The notes beneath the pieces were generated by a model. The model was not told the DNA's origin, searched no databases, and saw nothing but the letters and a program-made list of their open reading frames with translations. A DNA stretch of 24,747 nt. Source: Gemmatimonadota bacterium (GTDB lineage Bacteria; Gemmatimonadota; Gemmatimonadetes; Longimicrobiales; Gaopeijiaceae). The position numbers and the translations under genes were made by a program. Positions 1 through 7,570 of the stretch are shown here, piece by piece (the first letter of the stretch is position 1; each line of letters begins with the position of its first letter). Where the stretch lies: NCBI GenBank assembly GCA_039589315.1, contig JBDHHQ010000091.1, positions 1 to 24,747 of the forward strand, in the 5' to 3' direction.

Positions 1-834
1 CTGTCCATCTTCGTTCGCATACCGACCGGTCAGATCAGCGGGACCGTGACATTCGCCGGATCCCCGCTGCCCGGCACCCAGGTCTTCCTGTCGGGTGCGT
101 TCTCTGGCGCGACCCTCACCAACGCGGCGGGTCAATACACGTTCGGCACACTGCCCGAGGGCAACTACACGGTAGACATCGTGCCCGATTTCCCCCCATC
201 GACGTTCGGCCCCGTCAAGAAGAGCATCTTCCTCCCGGACGGCGCCAAAGTGGTGGTGGACTTCGGAGGTGACGGTCCGCCGGATCTGGCCGTCACGAGC
301 GGCATCAGCCTCAGCACGCCGACACCCTACTTCGTGGGCCAGTCGGTGACCATGAATCAGTGGACCGTACGAAATCAGGGCAACGGACCGTCGGGCACGT
401 TTACCAATCGCGTGTACCTGTCGACCAACTCCATCATCTCGACCGGTGACGTGTTGGTGCGTTCGATCAGCAACTTCTCCCTGAACCCGGGAGCCGGAGT
501 GACGTGGACGGCCGTGTCGTTCACGATTCCGACCACGCTGGCGCCCGGGTCCTACTACGTCGGTGTGATCGTCGACGCCACCAACGTCGTGCCCGAGTCC
601 AACGAGGGGAACAACACCAGAGCCTCGGCGTCCTCGATATTCATCTTTGTCCCACCGGGCGCTCCGGAAGGAGACGGCGGACCAGCCGAAGAGGACGACG
701 GACCAGCCGAAGAAGACGAGCCGCCAGCCGAAGGAGCCGGCGAACCAGCCGTAGGAGACGGCGCGCCAGTCGAAGGAGACGGCGCGCCAGTCGAAGGAGA
801 CGGGCCGCCGGCCGAAGGAGACGGGTCTCGGTAG
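1..834 (+). CDS. 5'-truncated surface/secreted-type protein: prealbumin-like (carboxypeptidase-regulatory/SdrD-B-like) beta domain + CARDB domain + acidic Gly/Pro tail
   Basis: Frame 1 is open from base 1 (LSIFVRIPTGQISGTVTF...). 'TNAAGQYTFGTLPEGNYTV' is typical of prealbumin-like folds; 'PDLAV...TVRNQGNG...PGSYYVGVIVDATNVVPESNEGNN' is a CARDB signature. Confidence 0.8.
   Translation: MSIFVRIPTGQISGTVTFAGSPLPGTQVFLSGAFSGATLTNAAGQYTFGTLPEGNYTVDIVPDFPPSTFGPVKKSIFLPDGAKVVVDFGGDGPPDLAVTSGISLSTPTPYFVGQSVTMNQWTVRNQGNGPSGTFTNRVYLSTNSIISTGDVLVRSISNFSLNPGAGVTWTAVSFTIPTTLAPGSYYVGVIVDATNVVPESNEGNNTRASASSIFIFVPPGAPEGDGGPAEEDDGPAEEDEPPAEGAGEPAVGDGAPVEGDGAPVEGDGPPAEGDGSR
667..831 (+). repeat. Coding 21-bp tandem repeat, about 8 copies (7-aa unit EGDGxPA)
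   Basis: Translated units EGDGGPA/EEDDGPA/EEDEPPA/EGAGEPA/VGDGAPV/EGDGAPV/EGDGPPA/EGDGSR. Confidence 0.9.
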
Positions 835-962
835 GCAGAGGACCGTGCGTCGGGACGGGCCGCTCCGACGGACGTCGGTACGCGTGGCGGCCTCTGAGGA
901 TGTCGGAGACCAGGCATGCTGGTCGGCGCGGCGGCAATCGGACGTCGCTCGAGCTGCCAGCG

Positions 963-1000
963 TGAGGCGATCGACGCGCTGCCTCCGCTTGATGGGTGAA
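963..1000 (+). promoter_or_regulatory. Candidate ECF-type promoter, copy 1 (TGAGG-N16-TCCGCT-N6-GTGAA)
   Basis: TGAGG 963-967, TCCGCT 984-989, GTGAA 996-1000; same elements and spacing as the copy at 1601-1638; 36 nt before ATG 1037. Confidence 0.6.
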
Positions 1001-1036
1001 CCGAGGGACTTCACCCCCAACGGAAGGCAGAGACCC

Positions 1037-1237
1037 ATGTTCCGGCCCCTCTCACCCGAGCTCTTCGCGGACGGCCGTCCCCAAGCATGCGCCCGGAAGA
1101 GGCGCGACTTGTCGCACCTGCGGGTTGTGCAGACGGCAAGGCGGCAGGTCGCGTTGGAGCTGACCGCCATCGTGAGGGATCCCGAGCTGCGCGTCCGCCT
1201 TCCCATGGTCAGCCCGGTCTACACCGCAAGGGCCTGA
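1037..1237 (+). CDS. Small hypothetical protein, 66 aa (MFRPLSPELFADG...VYTARA)
   Basis: ATG at 1037 inside ORF 845..1237, purine-rich GGAAGGCAGAG upstream, preceded by the shared promoter-like motif; no recognisable domain. Confidence 0.45.
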   Translation: MFRPLSPELFADGRPQACARKRRDLSHLRVVQTARRQVALELTAIVRDPELRVRLPMVSPVYTARA

Positions 1238-1267
1238 GCCGCCTCGCCCGTCGTTCACGCGCAGCCG

Positions 1268-1520
1268 ATCCCCCCGGGCGTCGAGTCCGGATGGGTTTCT
1301 TCGGACGCCAACGGTTGCCTGCACCGACTCGGACCTCGGGTCCGGGTGGGCTTCTTGTGACGCCAACGGTTGCCCTGCGCCCACTCGGACCTCGAGTCCC
1401 GGTGGGCTCCCTCTGATCGCAACGAGTCGCTCGCTCCAACGCGGACCTCGAATCGTGGGCCCTCTCCCGACTCAGCGAGTCGCCAGTGCCCTGGCAGTCT
1501 CAGCGGCGTCCGGGTGGGGC
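1268..1520. repeat. Degenerate tandem array, period 55-56 bp, about 5 units, each with a GC-rich hairpin (REP-like)
   Basis: Units start at 1281, 1336, 1392 and 1448, with a further arm (GTCCGGGTGGGGC) at 1508. Shared blocks are CGGACCTCGRGTCC.GGTGGGC and GACGCCAACGGTTGCC. Example hairpin: GCCCACTCGGAC-CTCGA-GTCCCGGTGGGC at 1379-1407. Confidence 0.8.
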
Positions 1521-1600
1521 TCGTCTGGGCGCTCGTTCGCCCCTGTCGGGACGTCAACAGAGGAATCCTGCGGCCTGGTCCGGGAGGTCCCGACTGGCGA

Positions 1601-1638
1601 TGAGGTAGATCGATCGTCTTTTCCGCTCTCCAAGTGAA
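1601..1638 (+). promoter_or_regulatory. Candidate ECF-type promoter of hcp, copy 2 (TGAGG-N16-TCCGCT-N6-GTGAA)
   Basis: TGAGG 1601-1605, TCCGCT 1622-1627, GTGAA 1634-1638; 41 nt before the hcp ATG. Confidence 0.6.
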
Positions 1639-1679
1639 GGCGATGGCCAACCAAGACCAAACGACATAGGGAGACAACG

Positions 1680-2162
1680 ATGTTCGACGCGTTTCTGGAG
1701 CTCGAGGGAGTCGACGGCGAGTCCACCCGCAAGGGCTTCGAAGGGATGATCGAGCTGGACAGCTTCGATCTGGGAGCGCTGAACCCGAGCACGATCGGCT
1801 CCGGCGGTGGCGGCGGCGCGGGTAAGGTCACGCTCCGGCCGATCTCGATCACCAAGCGAACCGACGCGGCCAGCCCGGTGATGTTCCAGGCCTGCTGCAC
1901 CGGAAAGCACTTCCCCACGGCGAGGATCACGCTGCACAAGGCCGGCGGCGACGAGGCCGTGGACTACCTGATCTTCGAGTTCGAGAAGGTCTACGTGGAG
2001 TCCATCGACTGGGCCGGATCCTCGGGCGGCAACGACCAGGCCCTGGAACGGGCGACGCTGAAGTTCGGCAAGATCACCGCGACCTACACGCCGCAGTCCG
2101 AGACGGGCGCGAAGGGATCGCCCGTGGTGGCCAGCTGGGACGTCATGGCCGTTTCGACCTGA
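1680..2162 (+). CDS. hcp: Type VI secretion tube protein Hcp (TssD)
   Basis: 160 aa; 'DAFLELEGVDGES...IELDSF...GGGGAGKV...ITKRTDAASPVMFQACCTGKHF...ERATLKFGKI...SWDV' matches the Hcp family; RBS AGGGAG upstream. Confidence 0.97.
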   Translation: MFDAFLELEGVDGESTRKGFEGMIELDSFDLGALNPSTIGSGGGGGAGKVTLRPISITKRTDAASPVMFQACCTGKHFPTARITLHKAGGDEAVDYLIFEFEKVYVESIDWAGSSGGNDQALERATLKFGKITATYTPQSETGAKGSPVVASWDVMAVST

Positions 2163-2169
2163 CGGGTAC

Positions 2170-2216
2170 GGCCTCGGGCGTTCGAACTTGTGCGCCCGGA
2201 AACCGACGCTGAGGCC
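2170..2216. terminator. Weak hairpin between the convergent hcp and TIGR02270-like genes
   Basis: CGGGCG (2175-2180) pairs with CGCCCG (2193-2198), flanked by GGCCTC/GAGGCC; no U-tract. Confidence 0.25.
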
Positions 2217-2220
2217 CAAT

Positions 2221-3507
2221 CTAGGCCTGGGCTCCGGCGGACCGAACACGAGGATCGGTCGGCCCACCTCGCCAGGCGCCGCTGTACCGGCCTCGTAGGT
2301 ACGACTGGTTGCGGGACAGGAGGTCCAGCTTGTCGAAGCCGTCACTCCCCGGAGGGAGGCTGGCGTCTTGACCCTGAGCGATCCGCGAAAACCCCACACA
2401 CACATCGCGGTGCTGCTCCCAGAGGCGCCACGCCAACCCCGGATCAGGCAGAACCACTTCATCCTCGAAGTCGGCGTCAACGGGGTCCCCTGCCGCTGCG
2501 CCACCGGAATCACCCTCAGGGGAGGGTCCGGCCGGCTCTGCGGACTCCCGCCCTTCTCGAGGCGGCACCGCGGCCCGTTCGCCAAAACTCACATCCAGCC
2601 CCGTCATTCTTTCGAACGCCGCACCGGCGGCAGCCGCCGTCCGAGCATCCGGGTGTTCCATGCACTCGAGCACCGACTCCACCACCCGCGGATGTCCGTA
2701 GCTTGCAAGTACGTTGAGCCGCTCTGGCCCGAGCGCATCGTTTGCACACACTGCGTGGAATGTGTGGAGGTCCTCGTGTGAGCCCAGCACGGCCAGAAGC
2801 TCCAGGACCTCCAGCCCGGACGCTGGCCCCTGCGTCGCCAGAGTCCGGCACGTCGGAAGAACGCCCTGGTTGCCGAGCCAGGCCGCGGTCTCGAGGGCGG
2901 CCCGGCGAACGCCAGGATGATCCGACCGGACGCCATCGGCGAACGTGCCCGCGTCGACTTCGAGCGCCAGGCAAGCCACGACGTGCCACCCCGCGATCTG
3001 GCGACTTGGGTCGGGGTTGGCGATTAGAGCAGCGGCCCAGTCCGCCGCTGCCCGGTCGCCATGCCGAGCAAGAGCTTCCGCTGCGACCGCTCCCGCGGGC
3101 GTCTCTACTCCGGCCGCGGCCCGTAGCTGATCGGCGATCACCTCGATCGGGCCCAGGCAGAGCCCCCCACGAATCCCCTCGAGGACGTCCCCCTCCGCTG
3201 CCTCCAACGCGGCCACGACGGCCTGGTGGCCTCCTGGCGACCCGATCTCGAGGAGCGTCACCGTGGCCGCAAGGGCCGTTCCCTCGTCCTCAGCCAAGAC
3301 CGACACCATGAGCGGTTCTGCATTCTCGCCGGCGAGCACCAGCGCGTCCGTGTGCGCTGCGATCCGGCGCTCGATTCGGCCGAGTGTCGTCAGGGTATCC
3401 TCGGGAGAACGGAGCGCAGCCTGCCGCGCCGGCCACAGCCACGTGAGCTCTTCCACATGCTCTTCCAGGATGTCCGGCATCCATTGGCCCAGCTCGATCA
3501 GCATCAA
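2221..3507 (-). CDS. TIGR02270-family HEAT-repeat-like protein (accessory gene of DUF2169/DUF4150 clusters)
   Basis: N-terminal 'ILEEHVEELTWLW..RQAALRSP.....L..IERRIAAHTDAL.LAG' and C-terminal 'AAGAAFERMTGLD...LPDP...W' fit the family; RBS GGGAGGG upstream; start may be TTG 3507 or ATG 3504. Confidence 0.85.
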   Translation of the reverse strand: MMLIELGQWMPDILEEHVEELTWLWPARQAALRSPEDTLTTLGRIERRIAAHTDALVLAGENAEPLMVSVLAEDEGTALAATVTLLEIGSPGGHQAVVAALEAAEGDVLEGIRGGLCLGPIEVIADQLRAAAGVETPAGAVAAEALARHGDRAAADWAAALIANPDPSRQIAGWHVVACLALEVDAGTFADGVRSDHPGVRRAALETAAWLGNQGVLPTCRTLATQGPASGLEVLELLAVLGSHEDLHTFHAVCANDALGPERLNVLASYGHPRVVESVLECMEHPDARTAAAAGAAFERMTGLDVSFGERAAVPPREGRESAEPAGPSPEGDSGGAAAGDPVDADFEDEVVLPDPGLAWRLWEQHRDVCVGFSRIAQGQDASLPPGSDGFDKLDLLSRNQSYLRGRYSGAWRGGPTDPRVRSAGAQA

Positions 3508-3536
3508 CTGAGGCGTCCCTCCCGTGAACGATCGGC

Positions 3537-3983
3537 CTAGTTGATCTCGACCGAGCCACCCTTGATGCGCTGGCGGCGACGGGCCAGCGAAGCGATGTCG
3601 GTTGCCCGTGTGAGCACCTTGCCGTCATGGCGCAGTGTCAACCTGGCTTTGCCGCACCGGAGGGTGAGCTCTTTGTCGGCTTCGATGGTGACTCGCTCGG
3701 TCTCCGGAGCTCGATAGGGTCCAATCCGTCCGAGGACGCAACCTCTGCCGTCCGGGGCGTTTGGAAGCAGCACGAGCACCTGGTCCCCCGGCTCCAGGGA
3801 GAGTGCCGGCGCGTCGCTCGTCTGCAGGACGTCGCAGAGGATGCCGGCGGTCGCGTCGTCGGGGCGGACCCCCACGTCTCCGGACTCGAAGAGGTCCTCA
3901 ACGGTGCCCCACCTCACCCGGTCGGAGGATCGGGCGATCAACGAGATGTCCGGGACCGAAGGGGAGGCGTCGTACTCACTCAT
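3537..3983 (-). CDS. DUF6484-type protein (mini gp5/VgrG-like OB-fold + beta tail)
   Basis: C-terminus 'TIEADKELTLRCGKARLTLRHDGKVLTRA....S.A....RIKGGSVEIN' is characteristic; context next to a TIGR02270-like gene. Confidence 0.85.
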   Translation of the reverse strand: MSEYDASPSVPDISLIARSSDRVRWGTVEDLFESGDVGVRPDDATAGILCDVLQTSDAPALSLEPGDQVLVLLPNAPDGRGCVLGRIGPYRAPETERVTIEADKELTLRCGKARLTLRHDGKVLTRATDIASLARRRQRIKGGSVEIN

Positions 3984-4046
3984 TGGCTCTCTGATCCTGT
4001 TCTGTCGCGTGAGAGTTTGTGGGTCGGGACGGTGGTCGCGGCACGG

Positions 4047-4907
4047 TCATGATCCGGTATTCTGCATGCTACCGCCGAAGCGGAACGTCCCAGCGCTCAC
4101 CCGTAGATCCCCGAGGACCGAGCGTTGGACGTCCGGGCGTTCGATGAAGCTGCGGTACAGCACGTACGCGTCGTACCTGCCCAATGACATCAGGACGGGT
4201 TTTCTCATTCTGAGCTGGAGAATCTCGCCGGGCTCGAGCTCGATCTCAGAACGCTGATCGGCAGGCGGAGTGGCACCGTCCTGGTCGACGCGCGCGACCT
4301 CGTCGCGGCCGAATCGGAGGAGTGCGCCAGGCCCTCGCAGCCCCTCGGAGCTCAGTGCATTCACGCCTAGCTGCAGACCCACCTCGGCCGCCGAGCGGGC
4401 TCCGGCCGGATTCCTCAAGACCAGGGGAGCAACACCGATGTTCTCCAGCGTCAAGTCGACCGCCAGGTCCTGGCCCGGGGTGAAGACCGGCGCGATGGGC
4501 CCGGCCACGCCCCGGATCGCTCGATAGGGGTGCTCCAACAGCTCCTGGGCCAGGCCGTGGACCGCGTCCAGCACGGGAACGAGGGGGTCAGGCACCGCGT
4601 CGACGGGGAACGCCCTTCGCTCGGCGGGCGGCGACCCGACCTGGCCCTCTCCGACGAAGACGAAGGGCGTAGTCGGCAGCGACGGCTCGGGGTCGGGAAG
4701 ACTGGAAACGTCCGCCGCCGTGAGGATCGCTCGGAGCTCCTTCCCGCGTTCCTGGGGGACCTCGACCCGGTAGTGCCCCATCTCCTCGCGGCCTCCGAAG
4801 TTCACCGTCGTGAGGAGCATGCTGGGACCCGTGGGCACGACCGTCAGTGTGACGAATCCCGGTGTCACGTTCGTGGAGAAGACGATGTACCAGTCGTGGT
4901 TCGTCAT
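4047..4907 (-). CDS. Hypothetical protein, candidate immunity protein for the upstream metallopeptidase effector
   Basis: 286-aa ORF with GC-rich third codon positions starting 43 bp after the effector stop; the immunity role is positional inference only. Confidence 0.65.
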   Translation of the reverse strand: MTNHDWYIVFSTNVTPGFVTLTVVPTGPSMLLTTVNFGGREEMGHYRVEVPQERGKELRAILTAADVSSLPDPEPSLPTTPFVFVGEGQVGSPPAERRAFPVDAVPDPLVPVLDAVHGLAQELLEHPYRAIRGVAGPIAPVFTPGQDLAVDLTLENIGVAPLVLRNPAGARSAAEVGLQLGVNALSSEGLRGPGALLRFGRDEVARVDQDGATPPADQRSEIELEPGEILQLRMRKPVLMSLGRYDAYVLYRSFIERPDVQRSVLGDLRVSAGTFRFGGSMQNTGS

Positions 4908-4950
4908 TGTTCTGCAGTCAATCTTGGACTGACTGGCTCCATTAGATCGT

Positions 4951-6480
4951 CTAGGTCATGGGTAGGAGCTTGGTTTGGCCGATCACCGAGGACGCGTGGG
5001 AGTCGAACCAGTCCTTGAACTCCTTCATGTGCCGCTTCTTCACTTCGTCTCCTGAGTCCATGATGCTCAGCGCGTCTCCCCCGGAGATCACCGTGCTGGG
5101 GTCGGATTCACGAGACACGGGCACGGCACCGGTTTCCCACCGATCCGTCTTGGTATTGAAGCAGACGTACTCGTCATACAGCCCGATCAGGTGCCCGAAC
5201 TCATGGGGACGGACGTATGGGTATGTGTCGCCCAACTGCCGGTACCACGTGTGGGAATTCCACCTCTCGAGATGCCGATTCCCGTCATTGTCCACGACCC
5301 ATGGGGTGGCCTTGTTGTGGACCACAACGGGGGTTCCGTGGCCCTGTCCAAACGGAACGAACTCACACACAATGTTGATGGGGAACTTGCAGCCGCCGCA
5401 GTCCGTGCAGTCGCAGTCGTCGCCCCGCAAGCAGTCTACGCGATGAAGCATCCACTGTTCGCTCCATACCGCCTCGATCTCCCGTTTCCACGCCGCGAAC
5501 TCGCTGTCGGGGATGCCTTGCTGACCGAACACAACGGCCTGTCCGGGTTGTACTTGGGTCCGCAGCCTCGTCTCCACCTTCTTCGTGATGATCAGTTCAC
5601 CGTCCCGGATCTCCCGATCGTAGGTGACGTCCCAACCGAACATCCCGAAGGCCACGTCCCGGACGAACGTCGGGTCCCACCCGCCTCCTGGCAGCTGAGC
5701 CGGCAGCATGAGGATTGCCTGCCGCGTCTCCGAGGGGAATGGCTCGTTGGCCTCGACCGTCTTCACCAGCAGCTGGTTGGCGGAATCGCGGGGCCCACCC
5801 AATCCCCGCGCCCGTGCCCATAGCTTCACCTCGGGCACGTACAAACCCCGCCGCACGCACCAGTTCGGGTAGGCCGCCGATCCGCTCGAGAACTGCACGT
5901 CGAACTGGTCGACCTGATGAAAGAGCGGATCGAGGCGCGCGGGCGCGACGACGGTCGACTCGTTCTCCATGATCACGCCTTCGAGGGTCAGCGATACCTC
6001 GTCTCCACAGCAGGCCTCCGGCTGATCCCACTCGATCTTGGTGATCTTCTGCTCGTCCGGGTCCTGACTAGGAGCAACCACAGCAGGGGTCTGGATCGTG
6101 GACGCGGGCCCCGTGTTGGTCTTGGAGCCGCCGTTCTGCAGTGTGAGATCCAGCTGCCGGAACACGTTCTCACCGTCCACCTTCACATCGAAGGAGTACA
6201 TGGTGGGATGGGCTTTTCCCTTGATCCGGTTCGAGACGACCCCGAGCAGTGTTCCTGCCTCGTCGCCCGTGCTCATGGAGTAATTCGACGACTTCAGCAT
6301 GATGGGGTTGCCGTCCATCTTGACGGTGCTGGACCCATCCGCCGTGTGGGCCGACATGGCCACGTTGGGATAGGGAATCGGGACGGGTCCGCCCGGCGAG
6401 GGCGTCTTGCAGACGTCTGGAACCGCGATGGAGACACCGCCGCTGGTCTTGTGGACCACCGTCATGTTGTTCACGATCAC
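4951..6480 (-). CDS. DUF4150 (PAAR-like, PIPY motif) spike-tip protein with C-terminal zinc metallopeptidase effector domain
   Basis: 'VVHKTSGG...PDVCKTPSPGGPVPIPYPNVAMS...STGDEAGT..GVVS...YSFDVKVDGENV.R' is DUF4150; C-terminal HEFGHLIGLYDEY followed by 'SIMDSG' (Met-turn). Confidence 0.92.
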   Translation of the reverse strand: MIVNNMTVVHKTSGGVSIAVPDVCKTPSPGGPVPIPYPNVAMSAHTADGSSTVKMDGNPIMLKSSNYSMSTGDEAGTLLGVVSNRIKGKAHPTMYSFDVKVDGENVFRQLDLTLQNGGSKTNTGPASTIQTPAVVAPSQDPDEQKITKIEWDQPEACCGDEVSLTLEGVIMENESTVVAPARLDPLFHQVDQFDVQFSSGSAAYPNWCVRRGLYVPEVKLWARARGLGGPRDSANQLLVKTVEANEPFPSETRQAILMLPAQLPGGGWDPTFVRDVAFGMFGWDVTYDREIRDGELIITKKVETRLRTQVQPGQAVVFGQQGIPDSEFAAWKREIEAVWSEQWMLHRVDCLRGDDCDCTDCGGCKFPINIVCEFVPFGQGHGTPVVVHNKATPWVVDNDGNRHLERWNSHTWYRQLGDTYPYVRPHEFGHLIGLYDEYVCFNTKTDRWETGAVPVSRESDPSTVISGGDALSIMDSGDEVKKRHMKEFKDWFDSHASSVIGQTKLLPMT

Positions 6481-7570
6481 TTGGGCGGTGTGGCCGCACC
6501 AGGATTGCGGCCCGGTCGCCCTGATCCGACGCGGCGCAGATCAGCATCTCGCCCTCTCCAGCGTAGCCCCTCTCGAGAGCCCGGGTCGCCATACCGACGG
6601 CCAGGGGCAGGAACGCCGCCCCCACGTCCCCGACGCAGTCCATGGGATGCCAAAGCTCCGAGTCGTTCGGCAGCTCTGCGAGGCACCGGGTGTCGACGAG
6701 CCCCCATTCCCGGAAGCGCCAGCGCTCGCCATTCAAGTCGACGATCACACGGTCGAGGGCCGAAGCGCCTCCCGAGGCGGCGAGGACTCTCTGTACCACG
6801 CGAGCCATCGTGTCGGAGTGCTCCAGCCGCTTGGGATCCCGTTTCGACGGCTCCTGGCCCTCGAGGGCCCTGGGCCCTATCCGAATGCGAGGACGAAGGC
6901 CACGTCGGCGCGCATCGTCCGCCCGCTCCAGCACGAGGAAGGCGGCGGCTTCTCCCGGGATCAGACCCACCGGTGTCGCTGGCGTCTTCAGCCGCCCCGC
7001 GTCGTGCAGTGACCTCAGGAAGACCGGGTGCAGGAGCGAGTCCACGCCGCCCACGATCGCCACGTCGACCCGCGCCTCCTCCAGATCGCCCACCGCTTCG
7101 GCCAGGGCCAACGCGCCCCCGACCTGATCCAAGGCGAATAGATCGATCCGGTGCGGGCTGAACGCAGCGAAGATCTCCGTGCCAACCTCGTCCGCGAAGC
7201 GCTCCAGGCCACCCGTGGGCGTTCCCGGACGATCGGGCCGCGGCACGCCGAGGTATACGCCGGCCCGGTACCCTCCCATCTGCCGTTGTACGTGCTCGAA
7301 GTCGAAGAGTCCGGCGTCCACCACCGCTTCGTACAACGGCGCCGTGAGCAGTGTGCGGGCCTTCCCGACCCAGGACCCCTTCCCGAGATCCGGCTGCACC
7401 GCGCTCACGATCAAGGCCGTTCCGTCTTCGTCGAACGACGCCCCGAAGTGGGGCCACTCGGCGAAGCGGTTGACGCCCGCACGGACGGACGCGCAGCTCT
7501 GGATGGCGTGCTCGCCAACGGCCGTCTTCATGCCGACTCCGGTGATGACGATCTCCTTGGCCTCAGACAT
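6170..7570 (-). CDS. Beta-ketoacyl-synthase-like (PRK06147-type) T6SS accessory protein; native stop missing, so the ORF runs 311 bp out of frame into the DUF4150 gene
   Basis: 'ITGVGMKTAVG....SCASVRAG', 'AIVGGVDSL', 'GLIPGEAAAFLVLE', 'DLNGERWR..EW', 'HPMDCVGDVGAA', 'SDQGDRAAILV'; family-like sequence ends near 6495; no catalytic Cys at the expected site (DQVGGALAL). Confidence 0.88.
   Translation of the reverse strand: MSEAKEIVITGVGMKTAVGEHAIQSCASVRAGVNRFAEWPHFGASFDEDGTALIVSAVQPDLGKGSWVGKARTLLTAPLYEAVVDAGLFDFEHVQRQMGGYRAGVYLGVPRPDRPGTPTGGLERFADEVGTEIFAAFSPHRIDLFALDQVGGALALAEAVGDLEEARVDVAIVGGVDSLLHPVFLRSLHDAGRLKTPATPVGLIPGEAAAFLVLERADDARRRGLRPRIRIGPRALEGQEPSKRDPKRLEHSDTMARVVQRVLAASGGASALDRVIVDLNGERWRFREWGLVDTRCLAELPNDSELWHPMDCVGDVGAAFLPLAVGMATRALERGYAGEGEMLICAASDQGDRAAILVRPHRPSDREQHDGGPQDQRRCLHRGSRRLQDALAGRTRPDSLSQRGHVGPHGGWVQHRQDGRQPHHAEVVELLHEHGRRGRNTARGRLEPDQGKSPSHHVLLRCEGGR

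Noticed and set aside
1268..1520. CRISPR array
   Set aside because: The segments between hairpins are homologous to each other rather than unique spacers, the repeats are degenerate and no cas genes are present.
6170..7570. Fatty-acid or polyketide biosynthetic gene (fabF/fabB)
   Set aside because: Catalytic Cys is absent, there are no ACP/AT/KR genes, and the context is a T6SS accessory module.
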